Origin: Octopus bimaculoides
Taxonomy: Eukaryota
NCBI RefSeq assembly: GCF_001194135.2
Contig: NC_068988.1
Span: 27,789,782 to 27,853,781, forward strand
Direction: 5' to 3'
DNA length: 64,000 nucleotides
Part shown: in pieces, positions 1 to 14,020 of the stretch
How positions within the stretch are numbered: the first letter of the stretch is position 1
Layout: every line of letters starts with the position of its first letter
The notes under the pieces: generated by a model
Told to the model about the DNA's origin: nothing
The model's database searches: none
The model's input: the letters and a program-made list of their open reading frames with translations, nothing else
Position numbers and translations under genes: made by a program

Positions 1-921
1 CTAGAATCCGAACTCTAAAATTGTTACACACATAGATACGCACAGCGTAATTTATTATATAAATAATATATGCGTATAAATTACGATTAAACCGGATGAA
101 ATATGTCACAGGGAATAACATTTTTATGACCGCTCAGCAGTAACTCTACTAACTCTATTGAGCTGAATGGACGTCAGTGATTGGTTGAAATTACAGAAAT
201 ACGACAACTTTAACATGGAATAACTTGCGAATTCCTTTTTTTTGTTAAGAAGACTAAGAGTAAAAGATGTTTTATATGACACATTCTACCAGTGTCCCAA
301 GTTTCAAAGTGTTTCGTTAAGAAAATACTGGCGCCCCCATTTTAAAATAGATCCAAATGGTCTATCATTGGCTCATATTTAATGTGGTTGGTTTTGCAAA
401 TGTGTACGTTTAGAGAGAGAGAAGAGTGTGTGTGTGTGTGCGCGTGCGTGTTTATAAAGCTCTGTATGACGATGTCAGTGTGTTGCGGCGTGGGTGAGTG
501 AGTTAAAAAGCTAAGTTATGTATCTATGTCAAAATGTGTAACTGTGTCAATATATCTAAATTGGCGAAGCTGGGCATCAATATGAACATTACTTATTAGT
601 GTAGGTGTACTAAAATATGTTTATCAGTAAATAATACTGCAACTAATGGCTGTACAAGTAACGGTTATGATAATATGCAGAGCTGTATCTTTTCGTCTTT
701 TTATTTGCTTCACTTATAAGACTGCGGCCATGCTGGGGCACCGCCTTGAAGGGTTTTATTCGAACAAATCGATCCGAGTACTTTTTTCTTTTCCTTTCTT
801 TTTTTTTTAAGTTTGGTAATTATTCTATCTCACTTTCCTGTACTGCTAAGCTACGAGGACGTAAACACACCAACACCGTTTGTCAAGTAGTGAGGGAGGA
901 CAGATACAGACACACTTATTT

Positions 922-967
<46 letters not shown>

Positions 968-2979
968 GACAGGCTTCCATACAGTTTCCATCTATCGAAT
1001 TCGCCCGCAAGACATCAGTAGAAGATACTTGCCCAAGGTGCCGTACAGTAGGACTGAACCCCAAACCATATGATTGCTAAGAAAGCTTCTTAATAACAAA
1101 TTCTCAAATTAAGGACTCTTTTGCAGAGAATGTCCAGTTTATCTCCCTTTAACTTAATTGCTCCAATACATGTCACTGGCCCATTCAAATTATTTCTTCT
1201 AGTTCATGTTATTTCTAATAAAGCAAATTATACTGGCCAACAATTATTCATGACCCTTTCTAGAGGTAAAAATATATTAAATAATATGCAGGCTTGGTGT
1301 GACACTGTTATATCTACTTAATGGTTTATCAAAGAAAAGGCACCAAAGACAAAATTGCTAATGATATTCTAATATATTGTTTGCAGAAATTGGGATTCTA
1401 ATGAGTTAACCATCTGTTGTGTCAAATGTGTTTTTTTCTGGTCAGCCCAGCTACTTTTAAAAACAAGTTCTTAATGTGTCTATCAAGGACTAACCGTTTG
1501 CTGATGTCAGTTCCTGACAAAATTCTGTTTTGGTGTTTACGATTATTTTCACATTGGAACACAATGATTCTGGTTCAATTCCTAGGCAGTGAGTTGATAT
1601 TTAAGGCCCTGCCAATATTCCTGCAGCACATCCATTGTCCACAAACTTTGCAACTCAGCCTCTGTCTTGTAGCAGCATTTATACACATAAATGTTAGATA
1701 TCTTGAAAAGATGGGTGCCTTATGCTCATTGCAAGATTTATTCACTTCAAACAAACACAATGCCCTTTGTCTGCAATGGCACCTTTATTTAACCACAAAC
1801 ACTGCTACACCATATATAGGACAAGTTTCAGAACAAAAATCATGAATGAAAGAACACAGCCATAGAAGACAGACTAACAGACCAAAAATGTAAAAGAGTA
1901 AAGTTAGTTGTGAAGCTCATTGGAATTACGCCCCATAGATTAGTCCCCTTTTTTAGTTAGTAACCAGCATATCAGGATTCAGGTGGCAGTTACTAGCAGT
2001 TGCTATGGTAGTGACTAATAGTAGCTGTAGTAATTAATAGCTGTTGCTGTGGCTGTTATTAGTATTGTTATAGTAGCTGCTAGTGTTTTTTGAAGTCATG
2101 ATAGCACGCAAATTTGTGATGGCAACTGCTTTGAATATTGAAATAGTATCTTATTAAAGTAGGAATTGTTACTTCAGTAATTAGTATTACTATATTAGTT
2201 GCTAGTTGTTACTGAAAGAATTGCTTACATTTTTGTCATATATGACCAAAACAGCAGATACAAATGGCTATTTCAGAAAACCTGATATGGCTTCTAGCTT
2301 TACCATTGTTTAATGTTATCCATTGTGGGATCTTTGAGTTGATTCCACTTTGTAGTTAGACAACAAATATTATTACCTGTTTTACTCATTACTTTCAGTT
2401 CCCATGATGCTTTAATATTAAGGTAGAAGAAGAATCACACCCAAAGATATTAAAAAAAAACAAAAAAACAGCCAGCAAATGGTTTGTACTAAAGCCTTAC
2501 TATTTTTATATCTGATGGAATGTACAGCAATGGAATGCCAAGAAAAAAGTTGTTGAGATTAGTTCTTCTTTCAGCTTTCCATTTACACTGTTAACTTTAT
2601 AGCATCAGTACTTGGTAGGAAAGAGAAGTAAACATTTTTTTAACCTTGATAAGTGAACCACGTTTTATATATTATATAATATGATAGTAATTTGGATGTT
2701 TGAATAACTCTCTCATTCTGTCTCTTTCTCTCACTCACGTCTTCTATACCTTCTTTCTCGCCATCTCCATCATTCACAAACATGCAAACACACACACACA
2801 CACATACACACACAATGAGAATTGAGGTAGTTAAAAGGTATGCTAGCAGGTTCTTAAGAAAATGGATCAATCAGTCAGCATTGTTTCATGGACTGTATAA
2901 TGCTACTCAAAAATAGAAAGACTTTAACTATCATTAACATTGGTGATAAAAGGTATTTGGAGCAACGAAAAACCTGCTG

Positions 2980-3270
2980 TCTGTTATGAGATTCTGTAGA
3001 TTCCATCATTTGTGAAAAACTATCTAACAGGAAGGAAACGGTGTCTGAGAGAAACCTGAAGCAGAAAGTCTAACTTTAGAAGGAGGGAAGTAATTGAAGC
3101 TTTTCAGATCCTAAGGTTGCAGAACAAATGGATGTCCGACCAGAAATATTTGGTAACAAGATTTACCACCTTGGAACAAAAGAAGTAATCAACAAAAGCA
3201 GTGGTCCTAATGAACTAATATGGAGAGGAATCATAGAAGTCAGTTAAGCAGAAGAAATTATGGAAATGTT
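2980..3270 (+). pseudogene. Very old CR1-like LINE 3' remnant
   Basis: SLTLE...IEAFQILR resembles the CR1 RT-tail motif RR.RGDLIE.FKIL; heavily decayed. Confidence 0.35.
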
Positions 3271-3758
3271 ATTGTTTAGTCAAATGGTTCTTGACCATTT
3301 TTTTTTGCCCATGGACCCCTTTATTCCTATTTGACTCTAATGGACCCTTCATAGCCATTCGAGCCATCTGGTTCACCAGTCCTCAGTCAAATCGTCCAAC
3401 CCATGCTAGCATGGAAAGCGGACGTTAAACGATGATGATGATGATGATATATATATATAAAATTACTGCATTTTTATAATTAAATGTAATTAAGAATTTA
3501 TTCTTTTATTCGTTTATTTGTTTCAGTCATTTGATTGCGGCCATGCTGGAGTACTGCCTTAAAGGGTTTTAGTTGAAGAAATCGGCCCCGGGACTTATTT
3601 TTTGTAAGCCTAGTACTTATTCTATTAGTCTCTTTTGCTGAACTGCTAAGTTACTGGGGACATAAACACACCAGCATTGGTTGTCAAGAAATGGCAGGGA
3701 TACAAACAGAGACACACACACATAAAAATACACACACACACATACACACACACATACG

Positions 3759-3807
<49 letters not shown>

Positions 3808-3976
3808 CATCATCATCATCATCATCGTTTAACGTCCGCTTTCCATGCTAGCATGGGTTGGACGATTTGATTGAGGACTGGTGAAACCGGATGGCAACAC
3901 CAGGCTCCAATCTAATTTGGCAGAGTTTCTACAGCTGGATGCCCTTCCTAACGCCAACCACTCATATATATATATA

Positions 3977-5363
3977 TCTATATATATAAAAATGAGAATG
4001 TGTGTCTGTCTGTCTGTGTGAATCCCTAAAACTCGAGAACTACGCAACCAATTTCATTCAAATTTTACACATGCCTTACTTAGGGTTCCAGTTGTGTTTT
4101 AGTCAAAAAAAATTATTAACTTCTTGCAGAGTTCGAGCACACGGCAACATAATATCTCCTCCACTATTTAAGTATTACGTGTCAAAAGTGAAACAAAAAC
4201 ACTCATGTCAAATACTTTCACTTTAAAAATGAAATTATTCCACTAACTGAAACAATCACATTTCGATACTGTAGTGACAGATACTTTCACAGAGAGAGAA
4301 AGAGAGAAAGAGAGAGACAGAAAGAGACAGAGAGAGAGAGAAAGAGAGAAAGGGAGAGAGAAAGAGAGAGAGAGAGAGAGAGTGAGAGAGAGAGAGAGAG
4401 AGAGAGATGTATATGTATACATATAGATGTACACGTATATGTATATATATATAGATCTATACATACATGTATATGTATACATATGTGTAGATGTATATAT
4501 ATATATATAGATGTACATGTAATATGTACANNNNNNNNNNNNNNNNNNNNNNNNNNNNNNNNNNNNNNNNNNNNNNNNNNNNNNNNNNNNNNNNNNNNNN
4601 NNNNNNNNNNNNNNNNNNNNNNNNNNNNNNNNNNNNNNNNNNNNNNNNNNNNNNNNNNNNNNNNNNNNNNNNNNNNNNNNNNNNNNNNNNNNNNNNNNNN
4701 NNNNNNNNNNNNNNNNNNNNNNNNNNNNNNNNNNNNNNNNNNNNNNNNNNNNNNNNNNNNNNNNNNNNNNNNNNNNNNNNNNNNNNNNNNNNNNNNNNNN
4801 NNNNNNNNNNNNNNNNNNNNNNNNNNNNNNNNNNNNNNNNNNNNNNNNNNNNNNNNNNNNNNNNNNNNNNNNNNNNNNNNNNNNNNNNNNNNNNNNNNNN
4901 NNNNNNNNNNNNNNNNNNNNNNNNNNNNNNNNNNNNNNNNNNNNNNNNNNNNNNNNNNNNNNNNNNNNNNNNNNNNNNNNNNNNNNNNNNNNNNNNNNNN
5001 NNNNNNNNNNNNNNNNNNNNNNNNNNNNNNNNNNNNNNNNNNNNNNNNNNNNNNNNNNNNNNNNNNNNNNNNNNNNNNNNNNNNNNNNNNNNNNNNNNNN
5101 NNNNNNNNNNNNNNNNNNNNNNNNNNNNNNNNNNNNNNNNNNNNNNNNNNNNNNNNNNNNNNNNNNNNNNNNNNNNNNNNNNNNNNNNNNNNNNNNNNNA
5201 CTTCATTGACTTTCATATATTTATATTGATATACATATATATACGTGTGTTTGGGTGCGTGTGTGTATATACATCTCTATATATAAAGATGATGCGTAGT
5301 CTAGACGGCGTTTTTAGATTTCATTATTCTCTTTAACCCGGGCAATGCCGGGTATTTCTGCTA

Positions 5364-5364
<1 letters not shown>
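3977..5364 (+). mobile_element. Non-autonomous Helitron-like element (gap inside)
   Basis: 5' a|TCtatatatataaaaatgagaatg; 3' hairpin cccgg-gcaatg-ccggg (5337-5352) followed by tatttctgCTAG|t; A|T target. Continuity across gap 4531-5199 is assumed. Confidence 0.75.
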
Positions 5365-5395
<31 letters not shown>

Positions 5396-6695
5396 GACGG
5401 TCTTCTTTCAGTTTCCATCTACCAAATTCACTCACAAGGCTTTAGTCGGCCCAAGGCTATAGTAGAAGACACTTGCCCAAAGTGCCACGCAGTGGGACTG
5501 AACCCAGAACTATGTGGTTGAGAAGCAAGCTTCTTACCATACACCCTCACACCTATTAGAAAAATTTTAATATTTTATGTATTGTAGTAGTGTAAGTAAT
5601 TTTTTATGCATTAATTTTAACAACAAAATCCTGACCTGATCCCTTTCAGTCACCTTTTACGACATGCAGAGGAAACATTGGGTCTATTCTTTGACATGCT
5701 GGTCCCTACAGCTATGTGAAGTGAAGCGTTATGCAAAAGAACACAACACACCACCTGGTCTGGGAATCAAATCCAAGATCTGGCAATCATGAACGCAACA
5801 CCCTAACCAGTAGGCCACGTGCCTTCACATAGGGAAAAAAAATAGAGTGCCGCATCTTGGGTGGCATCCGGTGTGCTCTCAGCAGCCATGAAAAGTCCAG
5901 ATATGTAATGATTTGCAGCTCTCGAGTTGGTCCATACCCATCATTGGCAGCAGGTCTCCAAGGTGTACAGCCTCTCATCAATAGCGCCAATGTAGGTAAT
6001 GGAAATTGGTAAAATGGATCTGTACCTTCAGAAGAATGATTGGCTCTGAGGACCAGGTGAGTCAGGCTGAAAGAAGCAGAAAGAAAATAAAACAATCATC
6101 AAATTTCAAAGTTTCTTAGAAATAAAGCTTTTTTCTTCAGTTTTTTTTTTCTGGTTCTAAGCAAATGAAAGATATATTCTGTTACCCACCATGGGACCAG
6201 AAGCTGGTCTACTACAGGTAACATTTCTAAAAGTGTGTGCTAGTATACATCATGTAGTAAACCAAATAATTTTGATTAATTAAAATTGCACCCTTAGTGA
6301 TACAAACATTCATTTTATAAATTGTAATTCTGGTAAAAAAAAAAAAAATAAAAAAAAGGCAAGTGAAAACAGCCCTGAAATTTTGATTAATCAAAATTAA
6401 TTAAAAACAGAATGCAGTGGGAAGTGAATATGATCTTTAACTTTCTAATTGAATGTAATTAATTCTAATTAGAAATTAAATCTAGAGTTCTCTGTATCTC
6501 AAAAAGCTCTGAAATGATGATGGTGGAGGTTGTTGTGGTGATAGTTGCCGAGGTAATAAGAATAGTGATTATCAGAGTGGTAAAGGTGGTGATGGTTGTG
6601 GTGATTGTGGTGGTAAAAGTATACCGATGGCTAGCATGGATATTGAAAGTCAATAGACAACATATTTTCACATATAAGAGTATATAAGTTGTCGT

Positions 6696-7060
6696 GGCAC
6701 TCTGACGAAGGTTCCAGTTGATCCGATCAACAGAACAGCCTGCTCATGAAATTAACATGCAAGTGGCTGAGTACTCCACAGACACATGTACCCTTAACAT
6801 AGTTCTTGGGGAGATTCAGCATGACACAGAGTGTTACAAGGCTGGCCCTTTGAAACACAGGCACAACAGAAACAGGAGGAAAGAGTGAGAAAAAGTTGTG
6901 GTGAAAGAATACAGCAGGGTTTGCCACCACCCCCTGCTGGAGCCTCGTGGAACTTTTTTTTTTCGCTTAATAAATACTCACAATACCTGGTCTGGGAATT
7001 GAAACCACAATCCTATGACGGTGAGTCTGCTGCCCTAACCATTGGGCCATTGCACCTCCA
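6696..7060 (-). mobile_element. SINE family B copy
   Basis: Reverse-complement match to 13034-13415, with a small internal deletion in the head. Confidence 0.9.
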
Positions 7061-7659
7061 CTAATATGTCAGTTTTTATACACGGAGAGGTGCCCTTTCT
7101 AGTATGTAAAGCATCCTGTCAAGGATCACCTCTCTGTGTATAAATTCTTATATACTCTTATGTATATATCTGTACATACATATATATGTATGTAAATAAT
7201 AATGATAATTATAAACTTAAAGCTTCTAAGCAATTATCATGTATTCGTTAAAGAAAACAGTCTAATATTGGGGTATATAAGCCCTCAACAAAAAAAGTCA
7301 GTATTACTACGCAAGCATACATACCTTCATATATATATGCGCACGCACATGTGTGTGTGTGTGTTTTGTAGTGTCCCAAGGGCAGGAGGTGAAGAGTCAA
7401 TTAGTTGTCCCATTGTTATTTACGATTATCAGATACTTTGATGTGAATGACACAAGACCAATACATTGTTTCCCTCCCCCCACCTCCCCAAAGCTATTCA
7501 AGAGATCAGGTTCTCGGCTAATTACAAGTTGTTCACTCAACACTGAATTACAACTTAGTGTAGTTTGGTATGCAAGCAATATTTAATTATTTAGTGGGTC
7601 ATCTCTGCAGTGGGCACTGGACACACACGTACACACACACGTACACACATACATATACA

Positions 7660-7980
7660 CACACCACTGCCACCATCACTGCCACCGACGTCACCACAAC
7701 CACCATCACCACCGCCACCACCACCACCACTGCTACTACTGGAGTTAGTGTATTGTATGCTAGCTGTTTGCATTTTGCAAAGAAAGATAACAGGAGACAA
7801 GATTGAAAGGGAAAAGAAAATAAGGGAGTCTGAAACATAGAAAGTTGAAATGTGAATTGGCAGAAAGAGAGAGAGAGAGAGAGAGAATAATGGCAGGAAG
7901 AAATTGTGGTGGTGGTGGTGGTGATGGAGGGGTAAAGGTAGTGATGTTGGTAATGATGGTGATGGTGATGGTGACAGTAA
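7660..7980. repeat. Trinucleotide low-complexity tracts (CAC/CAT)n and (GGT/GAT)n
   Basis: Visible at 7664-7740 and 7905-7975; a similar tract lies at 6515-6615. Confidence 0.9.
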
Positions 7981-9667
7981 ATGTCCAAGGTTGTGGTGGC
8001 ATTGGCAGAATGAGAATAGACATCTTAAAATATGGCAATATTTATAAACTAATGAGTTGGAGAGATGGTGAATTCCAGTAAAAACCTGGACTCATGAATA
8101 TAAAACTGGTCTTGCAGCCATCTGAAGAAATCAATATTAACAATAAATGGAAGAAAAAAAAAAAGAAAAAAACATTCCAATTCGATGTTTTGAGGAAAAA
8201 AAAAAAAAACAGTTCCATTCATCCATCTTCTCTGTTTACTATTCCTGGAAGGGTTGTCAGGGTAGAGTCCTCAGGCACCTCCTCTATCAGAAGCCACTGT
8301 TATTACACTTTCCAGTTGAATTCCCAAGTGCGACCAACTGAGACTGTAAAGGTAAAGGTAAAGTTTCCTTTTTGAGTCATGTAGACTCATGAAATTTGTT
8401 CCTGAGTCATGTGGACTCATAAGGGCCGGTTTCCCAGTTTCCATCACATATATATTACTGACCTTGATGGGACACTGGTCAGTCACAGGATTATGCATTT
8501 TTGCCAGCTGAGTGGAGTGGAGCAATGTGAAATGAAGTGTTTTGCTCAAGAACACAATGTGGTACCCAGTCCAGAAATCGAAACCACAATCTTATGACCA
8601 TGAGTCATTTGACTGTGGCCATGCTGGGGTACCACCTTAAAGGGTTTCACTGGAAGAAATTAACCCCAGGACTTATTTTTTTTTTAAGCCATGTACTTTT
8701 TTTCTATCAGTCTCTTTTGTCAAATCACTAAGTTACAGGGACATAAACACACCAAACCAGTTGAGGTAGCTTCTATAGGGTTGCTTGATGTACTAGAAAT
8801 AGCAGTCATATCTTCTTCAATTTACCACCTATTATCCTGAAAATCACCATCATCACCATCATCATCATATAACGTCCGTTTTCCATGTTGGCATGGGTCA
8901 GACAATTTGACAGGAAATGGCCGGCCGAAGAACTACCCAGACTCTGTGTCAGTTTTGGCTTGGTTTCTATAGCTGGATGCCCTTCCTAATGCCAACCACT
9001 TTGCAGTGTGTACTGGGTGCTTTTATGCAGCACTGGCATAGGTGCTTTTCATGTGGCACCAGTACCCACGAACCTGCAAGATTAGGAGTGCTCAGCTGGA
9101 GAGAGATGCAGGGGACAAACCTGTATGCCAAGACAACCACAATTTTATTTAGCTTGATGTGTCTTCTCAAGCACAGCAGATCACCAAGAGTCTTGGTCCC
9201 CTGTCATCCACTCTGTTAGTCCCAACATCTGCAGACCCCTTCTCACCATTTTGTCCATGGACATATTAAATAATTACACAACATTCAAAGAATGATGCGA
9301 TGCAGTGGAATAGAAATGGCTAGAATATCTTTGACCATTGGCCTCTTCCATCACCATTGGTACAGAGCTAAAAACAGCAACAGGAACCATCCTACACAGG
9401 TTACTGCTTAATTATTATCTAAAATATAGATTTGAAGAGCTGTCTAACTTTGGTGCCAAGTCAAAACAACTGATGATGGACAAATGAATCGATTACATGG
9501 TTAAATGATGCTGGATTGCTGAGAAAGTCACTGTCCTGTAGCTGTTCCATATTATTTACATTGGTCAAAAAATAGAATAAAATTATTGATTTGGTAAAAA
9601 CATAATGGTTTCAGCCTGTGAACAGCTAGTAGTAGTAGTAGTAGTAGCAACAACAGCAGCAGCAGTA

Positions 9668-9704
<37 letters not shown>

Positions 9705-10082
9705 NNNNNNNNNNNNNNNNNNNNNNNNNNNNNNNNNNNNNNNNNNNNTCTTTTCTACTCTAGGCACAAGGCCTGAAATTTTTTGGGGGAGGGACCCAGT
9801 TGATTAGATCGATCTTAGTATGCAACTGGTACTTAATTTATCGACCCCGAAAGGATGAAAGGCAAAGTCAACCTCGGTGGAATTTGAACTCAGCACGTAA
9901 AGACAGAAGAAATACTGCTAGCATGCGAACGTTTCTGCCAGTTTGCAGCCTTATATATATACATATATATATTAGGAAGGGCATCCAGTTATAAAAATCA
10001 AACCAAAACAGTCACAGATATATATTTTTTACTCCTGATCAAATTACATTCACTGTGAAATTATTTTATCCTTAATTTCCAG

Positions 10083-10228
10083 AACCTCCTGGAAAATAAC
10101 CATAGCGAGGGACATTCCACAGTTGAATTAGAACAGTCACAAACATTGAAAGAAGACATGCACCCAACACCAGAGCTGAAGACACCTCCGAAACAAGTTG
10201 CACAGGATATGACCTGTAACATTTCAAG
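10083..10228 (+). CDS. Candidate coding exon of an unidentified, probably disordered protein
   Basis: ttttatccttaatttccag| followed by open NLLENNHSEGHSTVELEQSQTLKEDMHPTPELKTPPKQVAQDMTCNIS; the donor aag|gtcata is weak. Confidence 0.4.
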
Positions 10229-10541
10229 GTCATATATACATACAAAAGGTTTCATAAAAGTTATTACATTCTAAATATATCCATTTTTAGTCTCTTTTGC
10301 CAAATCCTTCTATGAACGAGGAATTGAAACATAGAGAACAGTACATGAAAGTAAGAGTTAATGTCCGTTTTCCATGCTGACATGGGTTGGACAGTATGAA
10401 AGGCGCTGGCAACACCAGGCTCCATTGTCTGTTTTGGCATGGTTTCTATGGCTGGATGCCCTTCCTAATGCCCACCACTTTACAGAGTATACTGCATGCT
10501 TTTTATAAGGCACCAAGCACCAGTGTATGTATACTGAGAGA

Positions 10542-10918
10542 GCACTCCGTCGGTTACGACGATGAGGGTTCCAGTTGATCTGATCAACAGAACAGCCTGC
10601 TTGTGAAATTAATGTGCAAGTGGCTGAGCAATCCACAGACATGTGTACCCTTAATGTAGTTCTCGGGGAGATTCAGCGTGACACAGAGTGTGATAAGGCT
10701 GGCCCTTTGAATTACAGGCACAACAGAAACAGGAAGAAAGAGTAAGAGAAAGTTGTGGTGAAAGAGTACAGCAGGGTTTGCCACCATCCCTGTCGGAGCC
10801 TCATGGAGCTTTAGGTGTTTTCACTCAATAAACACTCACAACGCCCGGTCTGGGAATCGAAAGCGCGATCCTAAGACCACGAGTCTGCTGCCCTAACCAC
10901 TGGGCCATTGCACCTCCA
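10542..10918 (-). mobile_element. SINE family B copy, full length
   Basis: Reverse-complement match to 13034-13415. Confidence 0.9.
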
Positions 10919-13033
10919 CAATGTATACACACACATACACACAAAGATATGCATGCTGGGTAGGGTTGTTTGAAATCTGTGTCTCATAGAAGGAGAGTTA
11001 CAGCTAGTACAGTATTTGAATCTGAAGATAGGAAATGATATAAGAACAGCTACTTTATTGGTTATGTAGACTTTCTTGTCCATGCAAAATGCAGACTGTA
11101 TGAGATACGTGAAGCATATATAAGAAATATGTTATTGCATAGCAGTGAATACGAGATATTTCTGCCATCTAGAAAGTTAACTTGATTATATTTTGTTGGA
11201 CATGTTATACTGAACTTGAAAGACAGGCTGACAACAAGTGAACTAAAAACATGACTGGACAAGCTTTACACTTTTTTTTACGCAGTTTTTAGATGTGTCA
11301 AGTTCAGAGAGGTATTCATTCAGCTCACATAAAATCTATGTTATCCAGACTGTTCTTGAATGTCTGAATGATCTGGTCATGGCAGCAAGAGAGATTGGAA
11401 AAGTGGACTTGGTTTTGTGTAAGTTATCTTTATCCATCAGTAAGTATAGATTAAAAGGAAAGAATTTTATCCTTTCCATGAAATTATTTGTGTTGCCTTC
11501 ATCTACCACAAGCTAAAATACTTACCTTGACCAGTGGAAGCCATTTGTAGTAAGTATCTATTCTCAATTGGTCTATTGGGAATTTCAATTCTCCTGAGGT
11601 AGACCATGGCTGTTTACCTGATCATAGAAGCCTAACTCTCATTCAACCAGTAATTTGCTTGCCTGGACAGGTAGGCCTACAAGCAGCATAGATAAGCTGT
11701 CAAGGCTTGTGAAAGTTTTAATCCAGCTCTGAATGGATAATGGCTATATGGAAATTATAAAAGCCCCTGTAATTTTTTTTTTTTTTTGTTTTTCACCTCT
11801 GTCATGCTGCAAGAATGTCACACATTCTCAGTTTGTTACAAAAACAAACAAACAAAAAAAGAAAAACAATGGTACTTTTCCCATCAATAAGGTATCATTT
11901 TGTTCTCCCCTTGAGTACTTTGAGAGGGCAATTTTATATCAACATAATTTGTTTCTGGCTGAGACAAAGCCTTTAAATTGACTATTCTCTATATATAAAA
12001 TAATGGAAGTTTCTATATAAGTCTTCACAACATTGAGTCTTGAACCCCTGTATTATTATCTCAAGAAGTATAATGAATAGTGGGGGAATGAAAACAGGGC
12101 TCTGGCAAACACTTATTCCTACACTAAATGTTTTGTTTTACTCCCTACTAAATCTTGATTTTACTACTAACCCTCTTAAACATGACTTGCACAGCATTCA
12201 GCAAACACCCACCTACATCTGCTTTCACAGTACCTATTTGACTGCAGTCACCGTCAGACCCGATCTGTTGAAACTAAGTTATGATCTTTTCCTTCTGTTT
12301 ATCTCATTCTGCCACCATCACCTGTAAAAGCCCACAATACTCTCCAAACACATATGAAAATCAAAAGATGCAGGAGTAAGCACCAACATTGCATAAGCAC
12401 CCATAAAGAAGGCACCAACATAATAAAACAAATCTGAGGTCTAAAGCCATCATCCAGGGATCTCTGTGTTAATTTTGGATTTCTATTTTGCCATTAATAA
12501 AATTTCCATAGGTAATTTTTTCATATTTAAAAGAAAATTTTTTAAAGTATATTATTATTTTCTTTGTAAATTTTCCATTAAAATCACATCTTGTAGTTTG
12601 ACTAAAAAGTCAACAATAAAGCTTGTACACATTTACCTGAAATACATGAAATAACAGCTAAATTCCCTATCAAATTATATCTTACAGTCTAAAAAGTCAA
12701 CAATAGAGTCTTTTTACAGTTACTTGACATGTGTGAAATAATAGGTAAATTCCCTCAAATCGTACCCAATCTATTCATATCATATAGTCCAATTAACAAG
12801 CCAATAACACAGCCTCAATACAATCACTTGACATGCATGAAATAATAGCTAAATTCTATAAAATTATACCCTATAAGAAAGGATAAATAGGCAATTGTTA
12901 TCCCTCATAAACTTAATAAGCCAGATTGCCTTAGATCCAAGGTTTGCTAAGAATGATCAGCAATAATCTATCAGGTCAAAACTTTGAAAAAAGGTTGAAC
13001 TGGTGTTATGACAATGTTCTAATGCTAATACAG

Positions 13034-13415
13034 TGGAGGCGCAATGACCCAGTGGTTAGGGCAGTGGACTTGCGGTCATAGGATCGCGGTTTCGATTCCC
13101 AGACCGGGCGTTGTGAGTGTTTATTGAACGAAAACACCTAAAGCTCCACAAGGCTCTGGCAGGGGATGGTGGCGAACCCTGCTGTACTCTTTCACCACAA
13201 CTGTCTCTCACTCTTACTTCCTGTTTCTATTGTGCCTGTAATTCAAAGGGTCAGCCTTGTCACACACTGTGTCACGCTGAATATCCCCAAGAACTACGTT
13301 AAGGGTACACGTGTCTGTGGAGTGCTCAGCCACTTGCATGTTAATTTCACGAGCAGGCTGTTCCGTTGATCGGATCAACTGGAACCCTCGACGTCGTAAG
13401 TGACAAAGTGCCAAC
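13034..13415 (+). mobile_element. Full-length tRNA-derived SINE, family B (~380 bp)
   Basis: A box tgacccagtgg and B box ggtttcgattccc; perfect 13-bp TSD aatgctaatacag at 13021-13033 and 13416-13428; homologous copies elsewhere in the window. Confidence 0.92.
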
Positions 13416-13901
13416 AATGCTAATACAGAAACCACCATCATCATCATTTAGCATATGTTTATGCTTAGCAAATGTAGAATTAGATGAAAGAATAGCATTG
13501 GTTGGATGTATAGAGCTAATATCTAAGGATTGCTTGTTGTTGTTTAGCCCCGAGTTTGCCCTGACCGAGTAGTTAAACCTATGATCAAAAGTGTTTCACT
13601 TGTAACCATCTTGTCTTTTTCTGTGTGTTGGACTACATTATGCAATACGCGTGAACATCTGTGCCTGCGGGAAAGTAAGCGTGGATATGTGTGTGTGTGC
13701 ATGTATTTGTGTGTGTGTGTGTGTGCAGGTGAGTGTGTGCTTGTATGTGCATGTAAGTGTGAGGGAGAGTAAGTGTATATAATTATATATTGATATACAA
13801 AACTATATATAGAGAGAGACATACTAAAAATATACATTGAATTCATGTACATTTTAAAATACAGAATGTTAAGCCTTCATATAACAAAGCAAGCTTATAC
13901 T

Positions 13902-13949
<48 letters not shown>

Positions 13950-13954
13950 AACAA

Positions 13955-14020
<66 letters not shown>

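Noticed and set aside
1417-1845. 142-aa plus-strand ORF and a faint RT-like motif (EAELQSL...LNIN) on the minus strand
   Set aside because: No credible splice or domain evidence; the RT resemblance is too decayed to support.
11349-11418. Possible exon TVLECLNDLVMAAREIGKVDLVL ending at GTAAGT
   Set aside because: The acceptor is weak and its phase does not fit the 10083-10228 candidate.
13034-13110. tRNA-like sequence with A and B boxes (also at other SINE heads)
   Set aside because: It continues into a multi-copy SINE body with a TSD, and no complete cloverleaf is evident; this is a SINE head, not a tRNA gene.
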